Notes: generated by a model not told the origin, from the letters alone. Shown: positions 1-12,290, counted from the first letter of the stretch. The stretch is DNA of 64,000 bases from Octopus bimaculoides (GCF_001194135.2 NC_068989.1:93581290-93645289), one strand, 5' to 3'. Numbers and translations are program-made.

Positions 1-256
1 CATTTTATAATTATATCTTTTTCCTAAAGTAAAACAGCAGTCTGCGAATTTTGGGTTGTTTTTCTTTTTCTGTTTCCTTGATTTTTTTAATAGCATCTTA
101 TATCTCACTGTATTAAAAATGAAATATACAAATTAAAGTAAATTTTAATGTTTTTTTTTAATTAGAAAAACAATAGGTGCTTTTTTTTTAAAGAATTTTA
201 TTTATTTGTGTCATTTTACTTTTTTATGTACGGTTGGCCATAAAGGATAAACAACA

Positions 257-620
257 TTTATCAGCGCACAGATACAACTGAAGAATTATCGTCAATTCCA
301 CAATGTCGACGAAACTAGCCTATTCTTGAAAAAAAAAAAAGTGTCAACCAGAACTTTTCTGGCAAGAAAAAAGGCGATGACACCAGGTTATAAAGCACCC
401 AAGGATAGATTCACACTTCTACTCGGTGGTAATGCCAAAGTTGAATACAAATAAAAACCGATGCTAACTTATCGTATAATGAACCCAAGAGCATTAAAAG
501 GCAGTAACAAGCAATCCCTTTCAGTAATATGGAAACCGAATAAAAGGGCTCGGGGTACAAAGCAGTTGCTTGAAGAATGGTTCAATATGCATTTTTGTTC
601 CACATTTGAAAATATTGTAA

Positions 621-625
<5 letters not shown>
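257..625 (+). mobile_element. Tigger/pogo (CENP-B-like DDE_1) transposase fragment, decayed
   Basis: Manual translation: ...FHNVDETSLFLKK...RTFLA...PGYKAPKDRFTLLLGGNA...(stop 452-454)KPMLTYRIMNPRALKG...VIWKPNKRA...[10 protein letters not shown], the typical NxDETxL and KDRxTLLLGGNA motifs of Tigger DDE domains. Confidence 0.85.
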
Positions 626-655
<30 letters not shown>

Positions 656-674
656 TGTTAATGATAATAATAAT
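621..674 (+). repeat. (TAA)n microsatellite directly abutting the 5' end of an R4/Dong-like LINE
   Basis: aataataata... tract with a few degenerate units (aatgatgtta atg). Confidence 0.95.
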
Positions 675-2540
675 CCAAGAATGTGGGATCATATCGTACG
701 CCTTACGATAACCGATCCATGACATGGTTAAGTTAGTTTTCCTCCTCTTGCGGTCTCTAAGTACAGTTTTGTCTACCAGGAGTTGAACCTTGGTACCTCT
801 GCACTTACGCTTGCAACCCTTCTGCTCATGTGTCAGGACTCCACATTCTTGGATTATGGAATGTATGAACTTATTTGGTATTGCATGGAATGTTGAGCGA
901 GTTTTTGGAAAAAGTATGGTGAAGTGGAGGACGGAACTGACAGCATACAGAAGAAGTTTAGGGACAATAGAAATCAGGAGAAACATCTTCCAAAGGGACA
1001 GCCTGTTCCCACTGATCGTTGTACTATGCATGGTACCACTAACACTTATTCTGAGAATAATAAAGGCTGGGTATGTATTCAAAAACCGCCAACAAAAGGT
1101 CAACCATTTGTTATTCATCGATGACCTCAAACTTTATGGAAAAAATGAATCCCATGTCAATTCCCTCATTGGTACGGTGTATTCCTTCAGTGCTGATATA
1201 GGAATGGAGTTCGGACTGAAAACGTGTGTTGTGTTAGTCTTGAAGAGAGGAAAAATCAAGTGCATGGACGGGTTAGCAATACCGTTGGGAGAGTTTATGA
1301 AGCAGATAGAAGAAACGGGCAATGAGTACTTTGGGATTTGGGAAATGGATAAATTGATGGAGAAAGAAATGACAGAAAATTTAAGGTGGAGTACTTGCGC
1401 AGACTGAGACGGATCCTTAAGTCGAAATTAAACGGACGGAATAAAATTGAAGCTATCTGGGCTGTTTCACTCCTTAGAGATGGGGCAGTAGACGAACATA
1501 GACAGTAGACGAACTAAACAGCTTAGACAGATAGACAAGGAAGTTGCTAACTAGACATGAGATACGCTACCCAAAAAAGTATCACAGACAAACTGTATGT
1601 ACCAAGAAAAAGAGGGGAAGTGGACTGATTGGATGTGAACACAGTATCAGAGCAGAAGAAAACAACATAGCATAGTATGTAAAAAATGCCACAGAATCAC
1701 TATTATTGGAAGTAAGGAAAGTCAAGCTTGGGTAGGATAGAAAGATTACTAAGGTATAGCATTGTACAAGCACTTGAGAATTAATGAAACTGAAAATAGG
1801 TGGATAAATAAAAGAATGCATGGACAATTTCATAGGGATGTTGAAGATGAAACAGACATAGAAAAAATATGACTAAAAGTGATTTAAAACTAGAAAAGTA
1901 GGCTCTAATCTGTGCTGCCCATGAGCTAGCTTTAAGAACCAATTACATCAAATACAGAATAGACAACACATCAGAAAGTAATAAGTGCAGAATTTGGGAA
2001 GAAACTGGTGAAACCGTATGGCATGGAAAGTATATAAGAGACGTCATGGCAATATAACAAGGATTGTCCATTGGACCCTTTGCAACAAGCATGGACTTGA
2101 CAGAGCAAAAAGTTTGTACGAACATAAACCCGATGTAATCAAAAATGATAAAGCAAAGATCCTATGGGATTTTATGATTCAGTTTGACCATGAGATAGAG
2201 AATAGAAAGACAGACATAGTGTTAATTGAGAAAAGTAGCCAATGATGCTGAATCATAAACATAGCATACCCAGCTGCCAACAAGGTATGCGATAAAGAAG
2301 AAAGAAAAGTCGATAGATATGAAAAGGTTAGCTTGGGAGGTTAAGCAGTTGTGGTCGATGAAGAAGGTGGTAGTACCAATAATTGTGGGAGCCCTGTGAA
2401 TAGTGAGTAAAAATCTTGAGAAGTACATGGAACAAATAAGGGCTGCAACAAGGGTGGAGCACTTGCAGAAAACAGCACTGTTTGGAACCGCTCGAATACT
2501 CCGGATGGTGCTTGAAAATAAGGGGTGTTACCTTAGTTCA
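670..2540 (+). mobile_element. R4/Dong-like non-LTR retrotransposon (RT + CCHC + REL endonuclease), 5'-truncated with 5' inversion, frameshifted
   Basis: Inverted 670-838 reads [20 protein letters not shown]...[12 protein letters not shown] on the - strand. Forward from 841: PHSWIMEC...QRDSLFPL...[13 protein letters not shown]...FGLK, then YKRRHGNITRIVHWTLC and KILWDFMIQFDHEIENRKTDIVLIEK (REL-type PD..D motif), then a VVPIIVGAL-type C-terminus. Confidence 0.9.
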
Positions 2541-2559
2541 CTGGGCAAGTGTAAATTAA

Positions 2560-2855
2560 TATAGACTCGGGTCGACCAAAGCCTTGTGAATGAATGTGGT
2601 AAATGGAAACCGAAAGAAGGGCGCAGCATATATGTGTGTGCGTGTGTACGCATGTGTGTGCCTGTCACTGTAACTCTTTTTCCAGCACCAATGCTTGACA
2701 ACCAGTGTTAATGGGTTTACGTGCCCGTAACGTAGTGGTTCAGCAAAAGTGACCGATAGAAAAAGTACCAAGCTCAATAAATTTATCGACTGGGTTCGAC
2801 TCGTTCGAGTAAACTTCTTCAAGGCGGTGTCCCAGGATGGCCGCAGTCTAATAAT
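2560..2855 (+). mobile_element. SINE family 2 (gcttgacaacc...cgtaacttagcggttcggcaaaag...gatagaataagtac type), 5'-truncated
   Basis: Matches other copies in this window (45680-46065, 53380-53520, 61335-61925) in the ccaaagccttgtga, cgtaac-tag-ggttc-gcaaaa and ggcggtg-cccag-atggccgca blocks. Confidence 0.75.
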
Positions 2856-2968
2856 CTACACAAGTAAATGCTTTTACTCTGACCCCTCTCTCATCCCGCT
2901 ACTCTATACTCTATCCCTGACAGTTTCCATATTATACTAAATAAAAACTTGATTCTTTCTCTTTCCAG

Positions 2969-3168
2969 TAGAACCAAGAAACGATCCGTGCCAGAGACCG
3001 TCGTCGCTGCTTTAGTAGTCTTTTCCGTTTTTGTTACCAACATATTAGTATTTGGTTTCATCGCTGTTCTACCAATTTACTTCGTAGAATTCAAGAAGGT
3101 TTTTCCGGACTTACACAATCTTGTGCTTTTGATAATATTTTTACCTCCAAGTGTATTTGGTGTTGTTA
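2969..3168 (+). CDS. SLC16/MCT-like transporter gene A, first recognisable coding exon (TM1-TM2)
   Basis: Acceptor ttctttctctttccAG (2967-2968; alternative tAG 3 nt downstream); reads SVPETVVAALVVFSVFVTNILVFGFIAVLPIYFVEFKKVFPDLHNLVLLIIFLPPSVFGVV; donor GTAAGT at 3169, phase 1, matching the next exon. No in-frame ATG back to the stop at 2880-2882. Confidence 0.75.
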
Positions 3169-3734
3169 GTAAGTACCTATTGTCGGTATGTACCCGCTTT
3201 GATCATTAGTAGCAGTCATAGCCCACCTGTTCATCTTCCAGTTTGTTTAATATTCAAAACATGTACAATTATATGAATTCCTTGCATTTTTGGATAATTA
3301 CTTTAGAGAGTAACTGACAAACATCAAACAGATTGAGAACTTTGACTCATTCAAAATTGTTGCATCCAGACAACTTGGAGGACGGCTCAAGCTGAGCTTC
3401 TTAAAATACGTTTATGTTTAGCCCCACCTTCCCGTGGGCAATAAATAAATACGCAAATACACATGTGTATACATACATATGCACGTACATACGCACATAT
3501 AGAGAAATATACACCCATGCGAGCATAGATACGTACCTGCATGTACACATTCATATGCACAAGTGCACATATATACCTACACACATACATGCACACACAC
3601 ATAAATACATACATATACACATATATACGCACGCACATATATATACATACAGGCATATATTTGCACATATACATACGTCCATACATACATTCTAAACAAA
3701 GAATGTTACAAGTACGTAGGCTTAGCTGAAAATG

Positions 3735-4615
3735 TATCATATGAAGGCACTGTGAATAAAGATAGAGTGACCCGAGAATGTTACACCAGACTTAGGAAAA
3801 TATGGCAGTCGGAACTCTCCTCTTACAACAAAACAATATCCCACAATGCATTTGCAGTAGCAGTGCAAATCCCAACATTTGGGTTACTTGATTGGTCTGT
3901 AGAGGAAATCCAGTCCATAGATATCAAAACACGCAAAATCCTGACAACAACTGGGAACTTTCACAGAAACAATCATGTTGACAGGCTCTACCTACGAAGA
4001 AATGAAGGTGGTAGAGGCCTGAGATCAGTGCAGACGGCCTTCGAATGCCGTATGGTTTCACTCAGGCAGCACCTACTAAATAACAGCAGCAAAGATAAAT
4101 ATATAAATGCAGTGCTGAAAAGTGAAGTGAGTAACATTGTATGAGTTGGTAGTGAGCTCCTCAAGAAGCACTCTCTTCCTGATGATCTCCTATATAGTCC
4201 CCAAAATAGCTGGGCTCTCATACCTCAGAGAAGACTTGCATGGAAAGCACTCAGTATGCAAAAAGGACTATGCATGGTTATGTTGCCCGGAAGCTTGAAG
4301 AAGACAGTAGAATTGGCACGAAGCGCAGCCTCTCTTGGATACAAGACCACTGCATCACATCACACTTTAAAGACTATGCATTTGCAATCTAAGAACTGGA
4401 GATTGCCACAAAGTACTTGGTGAACATGAAAAACCGTGACACTCTTGTAATCACAAGGTGCAACCGCAAGTGTATGCTATGCCATGTTTCTGTGCAACCG
4501 CAAGTGTATGCTGTCATGTTTCTGTGGAATACATTACGAATGTGATTAGCAGCTGTCCTACAATGTCATCACAGTACTACCTCCCTATGCGGCACGATGT
4601 TGTTGCTAAAATGAA
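3735..4615 (+). mobile_element. Second R4-like (RLE) LINE fragment, post-RT region to CCHC zinc knuckle
   Basis: ORF 3752-4144: DIKTRKILTTTGNFHRNNHVDRLYLRRNEGGRGLRSV (GGRGL motif); downstream decayed CxxC...C...RHDVVAK; local duplication of tgcaaccgcaagtgtatgct near 4460-4515. Confidence 0.8.
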
Positions 4616-5268
4616 TTAGTCACGATAAGTAAGGTGACGTCAGCCAGTATCGAGAGTACGTGTAGGCTGTGCTGTTATAGTAATTATACTTTGATAGTGA
4701 GTGGACGTTATTACGACCCAAACTTTTAAGGATAATAACAAAGCACGTCTGGGGGTCGTACAGTGCCGAATCGAAACAACCTATCGACGACTTTGGAGAA
4801 ACGGCAATATCTGTCAGAGCGACAATCGGCGTACAGAGACAGACACAACAGTGAAAAAAGACCGCTCTATAACACATACATGCCTGCGCGCCTATATCAA
4901 TTCATATATACATACACACGTACATACATACATACATACATACATACATACATACACACATACATACATACACACATACATACACACATACATGCGTACA
5001 TACATCTAGAAGCTCGATTTGGCCTAATGCTTGTGAGTGGAAATGAGGAGACAAAAACTGTACGGAATCCATCGTGTATTTGTAAATCTGATTCAGTTTA
5101 TACCACTTACGTTGATTGAACATTTAAAACTTTGTTAGATATTCTAACCTAGATCTATTATTAATTACTTATTGATAATTAAAATACCATTAACAATATT
5201 TAAACCCATTAATAAACTGAATCCCAATAAATCATTAAACAACTATTCTTTTCTTTTTTCGCTCTTAG

Positions 5269-5412
5269 GTTTCATGACTGGAATTGTTCTCTCTAAATTT
5301 GGCGTAAGAACCACTGGCATTGTGGGAAGCCTTTGGTTTGCCATTTCTATTGGCGTCCCATCGTTCTCTTCGAGTATTTATGTTTTATTGGGATGTTTCA
5401 GTATTTTATCAG
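5269..5412 (+). CDS. Gene A coding exon 2 (TM3-TM4), 144 nt
   Basis: Acceptor ttttttcgctcttAG; (S)FMTGIVLSKFGVRTTGIVGSLWFAISIGVPSFSSSIYVLLGCFSILS(G) contains the MFS KFGxR loop motif; donor GTTTGT at 5413; phase 1/1; same length as gene B exon 2. Confidence 0.9.
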
Positions 5413-5426
5413 GTTTGTATTGCCCA

Positions 5427-5460
<34 letters not shown>

Positions 5461-6203
5461 NNNNNNNNNNNNNNNNNNNNNNNNNNNNNNNNNNNNNNNN
5501 NNNNNNNNNNNNNNNNNNNNNNNNNNNNNNNNNNNNNNNNNNNNNNNNNNNNNNNNNNNNNNNNNNNNNNNNNNNNNNNNNNNNNNNNNNNNNNNNNNNN
5601 NNNNNNNNNNNNNNNNNNNNNNNNNNNNNNNNNNNNNNNNNNNNNNNNNNNNNNNNNNNNNNNNNNNNNNNNNNNNNNNNNNNNNNNNNNNNNNNNNNNN
5701 NNNNNNNNNNNNNNNNNNNNNNNNNNNNNNNNNNNNNNNNNNNNNNNNNNNNNNNNNNNNNNNNNNNNNNNNNNNNNNNNNNNNNNNNNNNNNNNNNNNN
5801 NNNNNNNNNNNNNNNNNNNNNNNNNNNNNNNNNNNNNNNNNNNNNNNNNNNNNNNNNNNNNNNNNNNNNNNNNNNNNNNNNNNNNNNNNNNNNNNNNNNN
5901 NNNNNNNNNNNNNNNNNNNNNNNNNNNNNNNNNNNNNNNNNNNNNNNNNNNNNNNNNNNNNNNNNNNNNNNNNNNNNNNNNNNNNNNNNNNNNNNNNNNN
6001 NNNNNNNNNNNNNNNNNNNNNNNNNNNNNNNNNNNNNNNNNNNNNNNNNNNNNNNNNNNNNNNNNNNNNNNNNNNNNNNNNNNNNNNNNNNNNNNNNNNN
6101 NNNNNNNNNNNNNNNNNNNNNNNNNNNNNNNNNNNNNNNNNNNNNNNNNNNNNNNNNNNNNNNNNNNNNNNNNNNNNNNNNNNNNNNNNNNNNNNNNNNN
6201 NNN

Positions 6204-6813
6204 GGCGATATGAGGGCGGGCGTTGTCGTGCAGCAGAACTCCATGCTGCTGATTAGGTCTTTTCTCTTGAATAGCCGTGCTGAGTCGTTCCATCTGTTGA
6301 ACATAGTTCCGCGTTGACCGTAATGGATAATCCCTTCCAAGTTTCACTATACGCACAACATCGTTTTACGCGGATGAAGATCTTTTTTCACGCACGGTGT
6401 CGCTTGTTTACTGGGGCTAAGCCATTCCTCACGCTGATTCATGTTGATGTAGGGGTACCATTTTTCGTCGCCAGTAACGATTCAGTAGAGAAATCGTTTC
6501 TTGTGTTCATGAGTTGAGCGGTGATGAGCAAGCAAACCAGCGGAGATTGTGGCTCGTTGATTTTTGTTGTAGTCACTTAAATCATGCGGGACCCATGCTC
6601 CATACTTCTGAACCTTTCCCATCTAGTGAAGATGCTTCTCTATAGCAGTATGGGAGCATTCCATTTTCTCTGCCAGTTTCCTTGTCGTTTGACGAGTTGG
6701 TTTAATCGCTCTTCATCGAACTCAAATGGACGGCCAGAATGAGGTGCGTCTTTGAGGTCAAAATTTCCATTTTTGAACTTGGCATACCAACCACAAGCGG
6801 TTCTTTCAGCTAT
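6204..6813 (-). mobile_element. mariner-type transposase fragment between two gaps, in gene A intron
   Basis: IAERTACGWYAKFKNGNFDLKDAPHSGRP (HTH); WVPH motif, VTGDEKW and VLLHDNARPH in shifting frames. Confidence 0.92.
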
Positions 6814-7482
6814 NNNNNNNNNNNNNNNNNNNNNNNNNNNNNNNNNNNNNNNNNNNNNNNNNNNNNNNNNNNNNNNNNNNNNNNNNNNNNNNNNNNNNNN
6901 NNNNNNNNNNNNNNNNNNNNNNNNNNNNNNNNNNNNNNNNNNNNNNNNNNNNNNNNNNNNNNNNNNNNNNNNNNNNNNNNNNNNNNNNNNNNNNNNNNNN
7001 NNNNNNNNNNNNNNNNNNNNNNNNNNNNNNNNNNNNNNNNNNNNNNNNNNNNNNNNNNNNNNNNNNNNNNNNNNNNNNNNNNNNNNNNNNNNNNNNNNNN
7101 NNNNNNNNNNNNNNNNNNNNNNNNNNNNNNNNNNNNNNNNNNNNNNNNNNNNNNNNNNNNNNNNNNNNNNNNNNNNNNNNNNNNNNNNNNNNNNNNNNNN
7201 NNNNNNNNNNNNNNNNNNNNNNNNNNNNNNNNNNNNNNNNNNNNNNNNNNNNNNNNNNNNNNNNNNNNNNNNNNNNNNNNNNNNNNNNNNNNNNNNNNNN
7301 NNNNNNNNNNNNNNNNNNNNNNNNNNNNNNNNNNNNNNNNNNNNNNNNNNNNNNNNNNNNNNNNNNNNNNNNNNNNNNNNNNNNNNNNNNNNNNNNNNNN
7401 NNNNNNNNNNNNNNNNNNNNNNNNNNNNNNNNNNNNNNNNNNNNNNNNNNNNNNNNNNNNNNNNNNNNNNNNNNNNNNNNNN

Positions 7483-7539
<57 letters not shown>

Positions 7540-8727
7540 CCTTGTCTTTTTATTCATATCGTAAAACGTTAAATGTTAATTTCAAATATGATAAACAATT
7601 AAAATGTCCCTTACAGCTTTCTGAAACCTCTTTATCGAAAGAACGCAGGACATAGTTCTTTCTTTTATTTATCTTTTATGGGCTTCGGAGAGAGGAAAAG
7701 TCGTTATAATTTCACACGACTGGAGTCATTGACGAGGTGAAGATCTCCAAAAGTGCCTGTCCAGTAGAGTGGAGTGGTAGGAGAGCAAGAATGTCTGACA
7801 GAATATCTTGTATTTATTCCAGTTTTTTGTATTATGAGTTCAAATCGCATTATGACCTCATTTGGTGATAAGCTTACTTTGATCAACGCTTTAACATCTC
7901 CACTTGTTACGTTCGGTGATTTGGTAGGGTTCACTCTGTTTGTAAGAATCCAATCCAGGTGTCCGTTCTGAAGTCATCTTGCTTCATCCCTACCACCACT
8001 CTCGCAAGGATCCTAGACAATCAGGATTACCATCTTCCAATGGTACTAAAATATGAGAAAATACAGCTGCTTACTCATTGATTGAAAGTGTGATGTTTAT
8101 GCTAAAAGTAATGTTTATATATTTACCAAAACTATTGATGACTTGAAGAAAGTGTTATGCTTTCAAAATGAAACTGAATGAAGATTTGCAGACTCTTTAA
8201 ACGCCTCTTTATAGTTATGTGGTGTTACTGTGATAAACTTTAATTCCAGTGTCTTGGGTGGGTTCAGTATGTCAAAGTTAATAACACACGCACTGGTCCG
8301 ATATCTCTTAGCTGACCTTCGACAGGGAAGTAAGTCGCTGAGAAACTTGTTGCGAACTGCGACGAAAGAAATTCAATTAACAATCGATTGATTTTTTTAA
8401 AGCGCAAATTAAACAATTAGATGATTAGATATTTAACCAATTCACTAACAATAAAGAAATGATATTGAACCAGTGCATGTGTTGTTATTATTGGAGGAAT
8501 AACTCTACCAGGACACAAAATTTATTTCAATACAGGAATTCACAACAAAAATCTTACAAATGGAATACGAAACGATGTTTAATTCCAGTGTAAATGTTAT
8601 AAACTTTAACTTCAATATAGATGCAAGGCTACTCATCACAAAAATTACATTAAGATTATTCAGAAGTCTTGGATTAACTTAGTAATTACTTCTTAATTTC
8701 TGTTTATTTTTATATCTTTTGTAACAG

Positions 8728-9816
8728 GAATTGGTTGTTCTGCTCTCAGTCTATCAGCAAATGCTGGATTAGCAGCTTATTTCGGTGAAGATAGTCGTAA
8801 ATTTATTGCATTTGCTGCGGTCGGAAAAGCTCTTGGATATATAATTTTTCCAATCCTTACCAATTACTTCATTGAACTCATGTTCTGGCGCGGAAGTCTT
8901 CTTCTCCTGGCTGCTACTTTCATACACACTCTGCCATGTGCTCTCATGTATTCTACGGATACGTATAAAATCACGGGGAGAGAAAATTTACTTGTAAGTG
9001 AAAATAACGTGCAGAATGATTTTTACACTTCTGAAGAACCATTTGAAAGAGTTGGTGACGATCAGAATGAAACGATATCGAACAAACTAGAAATATCCGA
9101 AGAGAATAATACATCCTTGAATCATAACGAAGAAAACTATTCAAATGCAAAATATATTCGTGGGGTTGTTATTAAGGCCTTAAAATATAACAACGAACCA
9201 TTTGTTATAAATAATACACAACCTGACAAAGAAGATTGTTTGGGTATCGAAGAGACAGCTATAAATTCTATAAAATCTGAAGACGAGGAGATTGATGTTC
9301 GAAGTGACAAGTTTGAAACGGAAGAAAAATCTGATTCGAAATTTTCTGCGAAAATTATTACAGTTTTAACAAACTTTAACTTCCTTTTATTTCTTTTCGC
9401 ACTTGTTATAACTTACAGTAGTGTTATAACAACAACAGCTATCGTACCTGATTATTGCGTACAACAAGGGCTGAGTCAAGCAGAAAGTGCCCGTATATTT
9501 TCAGTGGGATCGTTCGGTTATGTCTTTGCTTGTTTCTTCTCCAGTTGGCTCATACATAAAAACATTGTCCCAAGCAGGATTATATTTAGTACTGCAGCCA
9601 CCATGAGCGGATTACTGATCTGTGTTTATCCTTCGTTGTCTACTGCCATATATTTGACTTTGCTAACATTTGCTGTGATGTTCACAAGTGGCCTCATATT
9701 CTCTACATATCTTGTAACTATTATGGATTACTTCGAAATCCGATATTTTTCGATAAGTATGGGATTTGGAGAAACAGTAATTGGAATCGGCATTTTAACT
9801 TTTGGATATCTGATAG
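8728..9816 (+). CDS. Gene A coding exon 3 (TM4-TM11 with long acidic central loop), 1089 nt
   Basis: Acceptor tatcttttgtaacAG; GIGCSALSLSANAGLAAYFGEDSRKFIAFAAVGKALGYIIFPILTNYFIELMFWRGSLLLLAA (MCT WRG motif) continues into ORF 8880-9908; donor ataG/GTAAAT at 9817, phase 1. Confidence 0.93.
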
Positions 9817-9967
9817 GTAAATATATAACATTTTTCTTATCCATATTTCAGAATATACTAAGTTACAACCGTTGTGGTTACATATGTATTGGTTCATCCC
9901 AGAAATAATGCTGTCGTTTTTATACTTTTTTATTTTCAAAATTAAGATAAACAAAGTTCTTTTCTAA

Positions 9968-10465
9968 ATCTAAAATATACTCTCGTTCATTTTCTACAAT
10001 GCTCTTTCATCTATCTGGAAGACTTGCAAGGATCCTCTTCCAAAATGCACTTGTCCTTGATGAAAAATATTCCTCCAGTACTGTTCTGACCTCGTCTACA
10101 AACGTTCATATTTTTACCGCACAAATTATTTTGAAGACTGCGGAATAAATGGTAATCAGATGAGGCAATGTCCGGCGAATATGGTGGATGGAGCATCGAT
10201 TCCTATTCAACCTGCTCCAGCCTTTGGGATATCATCCTCGCTGTATGTGGCTGAGCATTATCCTGATGGAAGAACACCTTTCGTCTTGAAACCAAAAATG
10301 GTCATTTCCCGAAGGCTTGCAGGTGTCGATGAATGGTTAAACGACCAAATTCAAGCTTCTCTGCTAGTTCCACAACAGTTACAATGGGATTTTGTTCCAC
10401 CAGGGTTTTCAGGAAGCCCTCGTCGAGCTCTACAGATCTTTTACAACGAGGCGCATTATTAATGG
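9968..10465 (-). mobile_element. Internally deleted mariner element
   Basis: N-terminal ...LDEGFLKTLVEQNPIVTVVELAEKL...TIHRHL joined directly to FFHQDNAQPHTA...LHPPYSPDIASSDYHLFRSLQN (YSPDxAPxD motif). Confidence 0.88.
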
Positions 10466-10909
10466 GATGACCCAATACTTATCATGTATGTGTTAAGGAA
10501 TGAGACAATGGGTCGCAGCTGTTTGGTCGTTGGTAATCTGGTCTGGTAGACTAGATATTCAGCTTGTTTGGACAGCAGCACTTTTCGATACTGGATGTTA
10601 ACACGTGTGCGCACACAGAAATGTATACGTGCAGATAGGGAGAGAGAGAGAGTGAGGGATGGAGAGAGAGAGAGAAAGAGAGAGAGAGGGAGAGGGAGAG
10701 AGAGAGATAGAGAGAGAGAGATAGAGAAAGAGAGTGAGGGATGGAGAGGGAGATATTACACATGGAAGCATAACTAGAAGCACCGACGATTAAACAGAGG
10801 CAGAGAAGGAGAGAAAGAAAAGACAGATTAGAATTTGTCAATTCAGCATCGTTGCCAAAAATGATTTCCCCTCTCCTCATACACACAAGAAGTACAATTA
10901 CTCACATAA

Positions 10910-10910
<1 letters not shown>

Positions 10911-11005
<95 letters not shown>
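10911..11005 (+). repeat. (AG)n microsatellite
   Basis: Perfect ga run of about 95 nt; more AG-rich repeat at about 10640-10750. Confidence 0.98.
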
Positions 11006-11008
<3 letters not shown>

Positions 11009-11631
11009 AAGAGGGAGAGAAACGTCTAAATGTCTCTTGTCAAATAAGTCATCGTCGAATTAGAGATGCCAAATAGGTGGTGCCGAAACGGTTGTGTCAA
11101 AACGTCTGATTCTTGTGTTAATGTTGCAGAAGTAATCTCCAGCCAGCAATTATAGTATTTTATTTAGAAACATTTAAATAGAATGAAATACAAGAAATAT
11201 CGTTTTTGTAGATAATCATTTTTCTTTAATCAGTGTAAGAACCTATAAACCTGTCATATCTTCACAATTCTTATGACTTAACTCCAACAATTTGTGAGAA
11301 TATATATTCTACACGTGTTCAAACCAAGCCCAATTGCCTGGCAATTGAGGCCTTCTTTTTACTATATCCCCCAGTCAACCAAGGATCGTGTGTGGAATTG
11401 GATAGATATAAACTGTGCAGAAGCCCGTTCAATGGTGAATTGCAATTTCAATTCAAATGCCCATCCTTGCTACATGCATTATCATGTGGAATCTACAGGA
11501 GGAATAATTTCACAGCATACGTGTCTGCGGTGCATTCAACCACTTCACACGTTAATACAATGAACGAGCAGTTTAATCGACTGAGCAATTGACAGTTTAT
11601 CGCTGAAACCAAAGAAGAGCCATTACATTCG

Positions 11632-11688
<57 letters not shown>

Positions 11689-11719
11689 TGACAAGTATAT
11701 AGATATTAATGTGAACGTG

Positions 11720-11950
11720 CGTGACCCAGTGGTTAGGCTATGACACACGACCACAAAAGCTTGGTTTCGATTCTCGGTCCAGACGTTTCGTTATTGAACA
11801 ACACAATTTATTTTACGTTGCTCCAATCAACTCACCTGTAAATGCAATAACCATGGGATGGACTGGCGTTCCGTCAGGTGGGGTGGGCAGATGTTGTACT
11901 CTTGATCACTTCTGAACCACGGAAACCGGTTCACGGGCCCTATGATTACG
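11720..11950 (+). mobile_element. tRNA-derived SINE (family 4-like), decayed
   Basis: gtgacccagtggttagg (A-box-like)...ggtttcgattctc (B-box-like)...acgttgctccaatcaactcacctgtaaatg, similar to 43585-43898 and 30350-30590. Confidence 0.6.
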
Positions 11951-12290
11951 AACACACGAGACAGTACTTACCAGAGATATTTGGTTTGAAAGTTTGACAC
12001 AAGACCAGCGAGAACAAGAGAATGGTAAGTCGATGAGATCGACCCCATTGCTGAAATGGTACTTATTTTATCGATCTCAAAAAGGTGAAAGGCAAAATTG
12101 ACCTCGGTGGTAAGCGAACACAGAACGTAAAGACGGACGAAATACCGCTAAGAATTTTGTCCGGTGCTTGACGTCTTACCATAGATATTAATGATTAAAA
12201 ATAAATTATACAAATTTGATATATTTATTTATTGAATATTCACATATGATGACTCGTCTTTAATGTTGTTCTTGTTCTTCTTGTTTGCAG

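Noticed and set aside
5172-7572. Long ORFs of 270-380 aa in the track (also 24285-25442, 26982-27639, 28931-30077)
   Set aside because: They run through N gaps and simple repeats; only the embedded exon 5269-5412 and mariner pieces are real.
11075-11600. Possible DNA transposon remnant with ORFs 11294-11563 and 11392-11592
   Set aside because: No recognisable catalytic motif or paired TIRs by eye.
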